A stretch of 64,000 bases of DNA, from the NCBI GenBank assembly GCA_040954595.2, contig CM082591.2, forward strand, positions 11,921,309 through 11,985,308. The letters run 5' to 3'. The notes under the pieces were generated by a model, which did no database searches, was not told the DNA's origin, and saw only the letters and a list, made by a program, of their open reading frames with translations. Numbering within the stretch: position 1 is the first letter of the stretch; every line of letters begins with the position of its first letter. Position numbers and translations under genes: made by a program. This document shows, one piece after another, positions 54,101 to 64,000 of this stretch. This DNA is from Balanoglossus misakiensis. Lineage: Eukaryota > Animalia > Hemichordata.

Positions 54101-57100
54101 TACACTTTTGGGTATTCCATGCATCACCAGAATAAGTACTGACATGTATCTTGCATAGTCCGTTTCGATTGGCACAAAACAACAGAGGAAATAATAGCTG
54201 ATTCTTAGCAGTTTGGCAAATATCTCAATCACCATTTCTTAATGCACTTACATTTCCACCGGTGGGTAGAGTTGTAATGGCAGCAATACTCTACACAAAG
54301 TCATACCAAAAGTTAAAAGTTACTCCTCTCTTGTCTAAACTCAGCCATAAGCGGGAAATGATGTTCAATGATGTGTTCCACAAAAGTGTGAACTATTTCC
54401 AAAAGTTCATTAGCAGGCTGGGAAGTCAAAAGATCACAATCCATCTCAGGCATTGACTGTGTTCCCTACCTTTACACCATCATGACCATGATAAAAAGTT
54501 GCACAACCTAGCGCTGGACGTTTCATCAGCAAGATGGAGGCCATGCAATGACAAACAACCGGAAAACATTTCCACATGAGCAAACGTTTTTTTTAAAAAA
54601 CGTAGCATTCATTTTGTATGATTATGAATGATTGTGATTTAAAAACATTGCTTTTGAGTATATAATGTGTCTTAAGTGCTTTACGCACAATTTCCAAAAA
54701 ATCTCTGTGCCTAAAACACAGATATTCGATCGGTTTGTCTGGACTATTGCTACAGTGGCATCATGGGATAACGCATAAATCAGCATGACTCGCACTCCCA
54801 CGGTCGCGTTTTTTTATATAATAATATCCAGAAATCAAAGTGGCATCTTATTTGAATATTAATATCAAAATATACAAAATTATAGCATTCTAGATCCCAA
54901 CAGTGTAGTAAACGCTCGCCGTAAAATGTCATTTTGAACAAAGTCCATAATGCCCATTTCAAAGTAAAAATTTCGCTTTTTGGCATATCGATCATACACA
55001 GTTTTGATTTACTGGAAAACAGTTTGCTCGAGGAGGCTGTAAATTGGTCATCAGGTAGCAAGGAATATTAGCTTTAAGAAAAATAGGCCTATTTTCGTCT
55101 TTGGTTGTAATTTATATTAAAATTCTGTAACCATAACGACGGATAGAAGATTTTGCGAAATTCCCCAAAATAAGAAACTTGCTATATCTTTGCTACCAAT
55201 TAAGCTTTAGATAAAATTTAAACACTCAAACTTGTATTGTCGGATGCGAGCTTTTGATTGCTAAATTGAACTTTGGGGTTCAAGGTCAAGGTCATCCTCA
55301 AATTTCGGTTCAAAATGACATTTTACGGCGAGCGTTTACTACACTGTTGGGATCTAGAATGCTATAATTTTGTATATTTTGATATTTTAAATTTTAAGTT
55401 CAGGGTCACCTGCAAAAGATGGGGTCAAAATTCAATATCCCAACTCTAATTAGTGTTGCAGATCTCCCCAGAAAAAACGAACCCTCTGACTTGGCCATAC
55501 AACATTTTGTGTCATACACCATTTTAAAGTTAAGTTCTGAGAGTTTGAAAATGCTTGATGACATTTTCAATTCCCATGGCGAGCTGATGATTTCAAGATT
55601 TAGTAAAATTGGTATATTTCTTGAAATATGCGAACGTGCATTTGCAATTGCTATAAAGGGACATACATTATCAGCATGCTTTTACTGTAAAAATACTATA
55701 TTCAACTTATATTGTGGCCATTCTATGGTATTTCAGTTTAAATATGTACAAAGTTTTATCATATTTAGCACATTCTTATCAAGATGATTTCTGTTGATAT
55801 GACAAGTTGACGTAAGGAGTCATCTTGCCCCTCTATCAGACGCTGCAATTGCGTGTAGAACTAAGAACAATCCACGTATCTGCTTCTTCACTGTATCTTT
55901 TGCGATAACAAAAGTGGTGAAGTTTGGTCCTCCACTTACAATTCATTTTTGACCAATGTTGAGATCTACTTTTTTCATAATGTGTAGCATTTTGCAAAAT
56001 TTGCTTTGTTTTCAGACTAGTGGTAAGCAAGAATGCCGTCCATTTTGTCGGAGCAATTAGATCAAGTATGATATGATGTGCTGGTGCAACCCTCACATCA
56101 CGTGTTTGGCCTTTGATCCTTTGATCCGTTTGGCATCATAATTATCAATGATCATGTGTATTTGCGAATTATCAACAGGACCTAAAATTCGGCCTCTATT
56201 CTACATTATGTATTCCATAAATCATATTGCTATATCGATAAAAGTGATTCTGTCTACAAGATTAGGACCAGACAGAGACTGAATGGTCATCATAAACTAT
56301 GGCATCGGCAGCCTCAATGCTAGTCTATCTGTCTCCCGGAAATGAATTTTAAGTCCATCATCTGAAAACAAACAGAGAGGAACGTTGGAATTTTCAATGA
56401 CTCCAATGAGTGGCATCTTCTAACTTGTATTAACAGCAGGTAATCAAAGATAAACCGTCTTCTTCATTTTTGTCATGTTTTTACATTGCCGCAAGTCATA
56501 CTATGATAGAAGCGCTTACACGGTTTGTCAGGTTCTTCTTGTATAATTATTTGCTCAGAAAAAAACCCCAGCCATATCTTTTGATATAGTAATGTTGATA
56601 ATTGCTTAAATGAGGGTCGGAAAGATCAAATGGGTCGACAAATGCTCCACCTTATAATTCTTAAAGCTTTGCCACATCAGTATTCCATCTCTTAATGACT
56701 GCTTTTCCATATTGGATCTTATTTTGTTTACCAATACTCATTACTGCATATTTATTTGTGAAATGTATCAGAGAACTTTGCAGTAATCGGTCCACCCAAA
56801 ACCACTTTTCAAGTGCTAAACCTCTCATCTTTAATCCTATAACACCACCAGCACCCTTTAGTGAATCGTCAGATAAGTTTGCCATGAATCCTCCTCATTT
56901 AATGACTCTTGTACACTTTTGGGTATTCCATGCATCACCAGAATAAGTACTGACATGTATCTTGCATAGTCCGTTTCGATTGGCACAAAACAACAGAGGA
57001 AATAATAGCTGATTCTTAGCAGTTTGGCAAATATCTCAATCACCATTTCTTAATGCACTTACATTTCCACCGGTGGGTAGAGTTGTAATGGCAGCAATAC

Positions 57101-59177
57101 TCTACACAAAGTCATACCAAAAGTTAAAAGTTACTCCTCTCTTGTCTAAACTCAGCCATAAGCGGGAAATGATGTTCAATGATGTGTTCCACAAAAGTGT
57201 GAACTATTTCCAAAAGTTCATTAGCAGGCTGGGAAGTCAAAAGATCACAATCCATCTCAGGCATTGACTGTGTTCCCTACCTTTACACCATCATGACCAT
57301 GATAAAAAGTTGCACAACCTAGCGCTGGACGTTTCATCAGCAAGATGGAGGCCATGCAATGACAAACAACCGGAAAACATTTCCACATGAGCAAACGTTT
57401 TTTTTAAAAAACGTAGCATTCATTTTGTATGATTATGAATGATTGTGATTTAAAAACATTGCTTTTGAGTATATAATGTGTCTTAAGTGCTTTACGCACA
57501 ATTTCCAAAAAATCTCTGTGCCTAAAACACAGATATTCGATCGGTTTGTCTGGACTATTGCTACAGTGGCATCATGGGATAACGCATAAATCAGCATGAC
57601 TCGCACTCCCACGGTCGCGTTTTTTTATATAATAATATCCAGAAATCAAAGTGGCATCTTATTTGAATATTAATATCAAAATATACAAAATTATAGCATT
57701 CTAGATCCCAACAGTGTAGTAAACGCTCGCCGTAAAATGTCATTTTGAACAAAGTCCATAATGCCCATTTTGTCACTTTGACCCGAAATTTGAGGATGAC
57801 CTTGACCTTGAACCCCAAAGTTCAATTTAGCAATCAAAAGCTCGCATCCGACAATATAAGTTTGAGTGTTTAAATTTTATCTAAAGCTTAATTGGTAGAA
57901 AAGATATAGCAAGTTTCTTATTTTGGGGAATTTCGCAAAATCTTCTATCCGTCGTTATGGTTACAGAATTTTAATATAAATTACAACCAAAGACGAAAAT
58001 AGGCCTATTTTTCTTAAAGCTAATATTCCTTGCTACCTGATGACCAATTTACAGCCTCCTCGAGCAAACCGTTTTCCAGTAAATCAAAACTATGTATGAC
58101 CGATATGCAAAAAATAGCGAAATTTTCACTTTGACCCCAAGTTTTGAAGATGAACTTGACCTCTGACCTTGTCGGTCGTGTAATAATTGGATAGCCCGTA
58201 CCCTACTTTATAATACTGAATGTTTAAATTTTTTCTCTAGCTTTCTCAGAACCTGAAATATCTCATTTTAACTGTATGAGTACTCTTGCTATTCCTACCA
58301 TTCATTTTGTTGTCATTAAAACAGCAGGTTTTGCATATTAAGTATATGTAAACAGCAAAACAAATTAAAATCTTTGTAAACAATACACATCTCTATCTGG
58401 AGATCAAATTATAGCATTCTAGACCCAAACAGTGTTTAGTAAACGCTCGCCGTAAAATGTCATTTTGAACAAAAATCCATAATGTCCATTTTGTCACTTT
58501 GACCTTAAATTTGAGGATGACCTTGACCTTGAACCCCAAAGTTCAAGTTAGCAATGAAAAGATCGCACCCGACATTATAAGTTTGAGTGTTTAAATTTTA
58601 TCTAAAGCTTAATTGGTAGCAAAGATATAGCAGGATTCTTATTTTTGTGATTTTCGCAAAATCTGCTATCCGTCGTTATGGTAACAGAATTTTAATATAA
58701 CTTAATATCAAAGACGTGAATCAGCTTATTTTTCATAAACCTAATGTTCCATGCTACCTGATGACCAATTTACAGCCTCCTCGAGCAAACCGTTTTCCAG
58801 TAAATCGAAACTATGTATGATCGATGTGCAAAAAATAGCGAAATTTTTACTTTGACCCCGCGTTTTGAAGATGAACTTGACCTCTGACCTTGTCGGTCAT
58901 GTAATCATTGGATAGCCCGTCCCCTACTTTATAAGACCCAATGTTTAAATTTTTTCTCTAGCTTTCTCAGATCCTGAAATATATCATTTTTTAACTGTAT
59001 GAGTACCCCTAAAATTATGCTATCGTTACCATGACAACCGCTCCTCACGGCCACACCCACCATTAATATGAGTGCAAACAACCTGATTCTGACAGCTGGA
59101 TAAATAGGCTTTCCAAAAATATATGTCTGCAAAAATCCTCAGGGGGGGGAGGGTTTCGGTCTCTGGCCCATGGACTA
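51105..59177. mobile_element. Academ element copy 2 with internal 2,811-bp direct duplication (52149-54959 / 54960-57770)
   Basis: Same termini and gta TSD as copy 1; junction gcccattt|caaagtaaaaa at 54959/54960. Confidence 0.9.
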
Positions 59178-60084
59178 GTACACAATGTGCATTTCATTAT
59201 GGTAATTATGTATGTTACTACTTTCAAAACATTACATCATGTTTATTCTTTTTTCCCCACAGAACTGATGGTTTTGTAAACAACTGAGATAATGCTCGAG
59301 AAATAAACAGCTATTAAAACGATTCAAACCCTGAACCATGGTGTCGACCCACCTACTATTATTACACACCGATTGAAAATTTTCAACGAAGGTCTAACCA
59401 CTTACAAGTTACATTAACAGCGAAGCGGTCATCTCATTTGTAACCGTTATTGAAGTTTATATATTTGTTTCACAATGTTATTATTAAACAGGGGTAATTT
59501 TATCACTGAAAAAACAGTTTTGTTATACGGTTATTTTGATCCGGAAAACAGAGATTTGAGCACACGACGGATTTCTACTGCGTTCACTCCAACACCGCAG
59601 GAGTGTGTTGTTGTCGAAGACGCGGACAAAACAGAAAAATTATCGGAGCCAGGCCCCTTCGAACCCTATATTTCACGCTGTCGGAAGGTTGGACGGCTAC
59701 GGCTATCTCAGCTCTGCTCGGCACGCTGTTGTTGGGTGCCCTAAACATATGCCCTACCCCTAGCGCTCGGCATGTAAACAATCACAACATGACTGTAAAC
59801 ATCATGCAAAAATACAATCTTACTGTCATTTTCCTGTGGATTCAGTCTCCTCCTTGCACTTGTGTGGAGTTTAGGCAACCTATATTGAAACCACGGGCGC
59901 TTCTTGACCGGATTCGGTGAAAGTTTGAGGCAATTTCTGGCTGTACGCGTGACAGGCTCACAGTATCAACAAACAGTACATGTGTGGTGACAGGTCAAAG
60001 GTCAACATTAGGGATTCCCCGACCTTTATCGCATCTAGTGCGCCCCTAGTGGTAGGACATAACGATTCTCTTTTTCTCTCGCAG

Positions 60085-63049
60085 TTATATAGATTGCCTG
60101 CCGTGATATCAAATCAAGGACCAGAATGTGAAAAGAGAGACGGCGCGAATGGTTAGCCAGGATCGGCCAAAACTTTGATCATAAGAACCTAGACAACGTC
60201 CGGGTTTGTTCGAGTCATTTTTTTAGTGGTAAGTTTTACTGGAAACTTTTGAAACCTTGTTATATCACACACCGAATAAATGTTTCACAACTTGGCATCA
60301 ACAATATTTACGGATTTGCATTTGGCCGCGACAAAAACACGCGAATCTGCAGATAACACAACTGAACTTAAACTGGCAGCGAGCTGTCGTCGTCGGCCGG
60401 CGGCGGTATCGATAAACCGTACCGGTGATGCTTAGAGTCAGATATACTTGTTGGTCACGGACATGCATTTCTGTCGACTGAAAAAAACTTTACTTTATGA
60501 ATTTTTACGGCTGTTTGAGGAGTCGCACTCATTTGGTAAAGGTCTCACAGCACTCTTTCTATAAAAAATTCTGTAAGTGTTTTGTTTACATTCGCGGGGT
60601 CAAACCAGGTCAGTTTCAATGCTGGGTTCGACAACGCGTAGGAACAATGCAAATTTACGCTGAAAATGATTACACTAAATTTAGGCCCCTGCCTGGAAGT
60701 GTGATACCTCGTTTTGTATTTTTTTTTTTAAAAATGTGTTGCCATACCCATTATCCAGAAATATCAGGAAATGGAATCAAATGCGCCCCTAGCATTAGCG
60801 GGTCAAAGGTCATGCCATGTGAAAGGAGAACAAGTGTTCAAGATTTCTCTCTCTCTCTCTCCCCATATCCATCTCTCTCAACCCCCTGTCCCTTAGGTAA
60901 AAAGGCAGACTTGTACGATAGAAACAACCCAGATTGGGTTCCAACAGTTAATGTAGGGAAGAATACAGATTAGGCAGCTGAGGCTTTAGGCAGATACTTA
61001 CATATAATCCCATGATATCTTTCTTTGTTTGACGTCATCGTATACGAGTGGTTTTCGCGGAGCAGTGCAACTTCGAGCCGCAGGCGAGAAGTTGTACGCT
61101 TCCGCGAAAACCACGAGTATACGATGACGTTAAACAAAGAAAGATATCATGGGATTATATATTTATCACATGAACAGTCTTCTTATTTTTCGTTAGAAGA
61201 GGCAGGACTAAAATAATTCAGTACCTTGCAACAATTTTGGAGCGGTGTCGTATTTTACTGAGCGGGATTATGTCCCCCAGGAGATATATGTTGGGAGATT
61301 TTATGAATGATCAGCGATAGTTCATCATTTGCATATACGCAAATGGTGAACTATCGCTGATCATTCATAAAATCTCCCAACAAGTCGTCCCGTTGAGTTC
61401 CGTTAGCTCGAAGTTCGGCCTTACACAAATGTAATCGATTCTCTAACAATTTTACTGCAACCTGTTGCCACGTCTTATACATTTCGTTGACCGGTGCAAT
61501 AGAGAGGTTCAGTCGTCACGCTGAACTGGCTCGAAACAATTCCCCACGCTGATTCGACTCGGAACGTACCGGACTTGCGCCTAGCCTAGGCTATGTACAC
61601 CTGACCCAAAACTTTGACAGCCACGATCGTCCATGATCGTTGCGTCGAATGTCTTCTTTCCAAATTCCACCTTTCTGTTTTGAGCTTACAAAGCGTTATT
61701 GTCATGGAACCGTCATTTTTTATTTCATTTCTGTATTGTAAATGCCGCGCGCTACACGTACTGTTTCTGTTTGACAACAAAGCTACGGCGAATCGGTGGA
61801 AATAGTTCCGGTTGATGACGTAACACAGGGGTGATCAGGGTTTTTGATCTGTCCTGGTCTACGTCACACAGGTGGTGATCAGGGCCAGTTCATGTGATAA
61901 GATAGATTACAGACAAGAAAGAGGAAATTGGAGCAGAAAGAATATGAGCTAGAGGAAGCACAGAAACCCCCCAAACCCCAAAGTGACCCGAACAAATGTA
62001 GCCGTGAAACGCAAACTGATCTCACTGGGTATATGTTGGACTGTATGACCAGTGAGCTGCAGAATTTGAGATCAGACAATCTTATATTGAAACAGAAACT
62101 GTCAGAACATGAAAGTCGATTTTCGGAGGCATATTTTGAAGGCGACGATGAGAAAGCGAAGTTTTTGACTGGGATATCTTCTTTTACTGTTTTAATTACA
62201 TTATACAATTATATTGCACACTACTTGCCCCCTCGCACATCTCTCGACAAATTTCGAATGTTCATTATGACACTAATGAGGTTACGCTTTAATTTACCAA
62301 TTCAGTTCTTGTCTTATGAGTTTTCCGTTTCGTTATCTTCAGTTTCTAGAATTGTTAATATTGTAATTGATGTCATGTATGTAAGAATGAAACCGTTTGT
62401 CTTTTGGCCAGATCGATTTAGTTTGCAGAAAACAATGCCCATGAAGTTTCGTAAACATTTTGGTAAAAAATGCATTGTGATAATCGATTGTTTTGAAATA
62501 TTCATAGAAAGGTCATCAAATTTAAAAGCTCGGGCAGAAACATGGTCTTCTTATAAACACCACAACACAATTAAGTTTCTCATTGGAATCACTCCTCAAG
62601 GTACTGTCTCATTTATATCCAGGGCTTGGGGTGGGCGGGCTAGTGACAAACATATTACAGAAAACAGTGGGATTCTAGATAATTTATTACCAGGGGATTT
62701 AATACTTGCTGACAGAGGGTTTAATATTGAGGAGAGTGTGGGTTGCTTGTGTGCTCAAATGAAAATTCCTAGTTTTACAAAAGGTAAAAGTCAATTGTCT
62801 GCTGTAGATGTAGAAACAACAAGAAGAATTGCCAATGTTAGAATACATGTTGAAAGGGTTATTGGGATGGCAAGACAAAAGTATAATATTATGGGTGGGA
62901 CACTTCCTATTAATTTGTTTCTTTCCAAAGATGATGAGGGCAACACAATGATCGACAAAATTGTTCATGTCTGCTGTTCACTGATAAACCTGGTTGTGGT
63001 TGCATGTATTTATAGAAAAATGTATACTAGGTATGTGCAGAAAAATTAA
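60085..63049 (+). pseudogene. ISL2EU-type transposase copy 3 (TAG at 60971-60973, interrupted by a 903-bp insertion; DDE region open 61928-63049)
   Basis: +12106/+13009 copy of copy 2. Confidence 0.92.
60998..61900. mobile_element. Non-autonomous Crypton-like element, 903 bp, no TSD
   Basis: Inserted at gatac|gatag with no duplication (empty site in copies 1 and 2); TTA...TAA termini; terminal hairpin 61002-61160 around gagccgcaggcgag; internal ttatcacatgaac is the inverse of the right end gttcatgtgataa. Confidence 0.8.
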
Positions 63050-64000
63050 ACTGAGCTGTAATATTAATGTATATACACATAAGAGTCATCAGAAACCAAT
63101 GATAAGGTAATCTAATAAATAATTTCTTCACAAACAATAAGCATAGTGACATTTGTAAATCATGGCTGACTAAAACATATTCTAAAAAATAACAAAGTCA
63201 GTCTGTAGTTGAATTAAATGAACAGGTGTCCATTTCATTGTAATTGCTTGTTTGAAGATAAATTCATTCACAGAATATTCTCTCTGATGTCAATAAATAC
63301 AGATTTTAGAAATATTGATCAATAAATAAGTTAAGTATTATAAATAGTGTAGTGACAATTTTATATATCATTATATGATTAATAAATTATTGACAAATGA
63401 TTAATTGAAATTGTTAATCTATATTCCCCTTTTTATGCACACAGTATTTCATACTTTTGATTGGCTAAGACTGAATCATATGGTATAGGGAAAAAAACAA
63501 ATTACATGGTTGACAGAGTCTACATATTGCTCATTGTGAGGGAATATATAGACAGTAAACACACACTAATTGCAACAGCACAATATCAGTTTTCCAAAAT
63601 TCTATGAGTACGAAGTACTAGTACAGTTCTCATGAGACAATGTTATGACCCTGGACAAGACACTACATGGCCATAATAAAATAACACATGATGCACGATT
63701 TGTAGCCTGCCCCATGCAGAAGTTATTTTCACTCATGATGTGGAGTATTCTGTTGTACTTTCATTTGCTGTGCACATGAAAGTACTGCTACAGAATACAC
63801 CACATTACAAAAATAAACAAATCTGCAGTGACAAGATTCTATGTTGGTTTGCGTGTTGATGTCCTTGTGAAAAATTTACCCACAAATTCTGGCAAGATGG
63901 CACTAACAAAGAAGTACTTTGTACGTTCACAAATCATTCCAGGTCTTAATTGTCAAGATTAGTTAAAAATATAACCCAAAATTTAAGCCTCCAGGGGAAA

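Larger units (their letters stand above)
38677..64000. repeat. Tandem duplication array 3: ~9.3-kb units (ISL2EU-type transposase + Academ); unit starts ~38677, ~47975, ~60081; the third is cut off by the window
   Basis: ORF-track offsets 9295-9297 and 12106 (9295+2811); junction microhomology gcagtt. Confidence 0.96.

Noticed and set aside
1-64000. Arrays as purely an assembly artefact
   Set aside because: Copies carry private SNPs, deletions and transposon insertions with proper TSDs and matching empty sites, which argues for real paralogous copies. The exact copy number still needs read support.

Overview
Eukaryotic, AT-rich genomic DNA with GT-AG introns; the transposon repertoire suggests a marine invertebrate (inference). 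Almost the whole window is three abutting arrays of near-identical tandem duplications. (1) 1-23.3 kb: about 3.5 copies of a 6-7 kb block of minus-strand Integrator subunit 1 (INTS1) exons, with complementary ~0.96 kb deletions, frameshifts and nonsense codons. (2) 23.9-38.5 kb: four copies of a 3,451-bp unit holding four further, upstream INTS1 exons, all with the same in-frame TGA; two copies carry private DNA-transposon insertions. (3) 38.6-64 kb: about 2.4 copies of a ~9.3-kb unit with an ISL2EU/PIF-Harbinger-type transposase (THAP+HTH+DDE, plus a convergent YqaJ-like remnant) and, in the two complete copies, a 5.3-kb Academ element with ~1.5-kb compound TIRs. One Academ copy has a 2.8-kb internal duplication, and one transposase copy is interrupted by a TSD-less Crypton-like element. 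No intact host gene, RNA gene or CRISPR array was found. INTS1 and transposon assignments come from manual translation and recalled family motifs, not from a database search.
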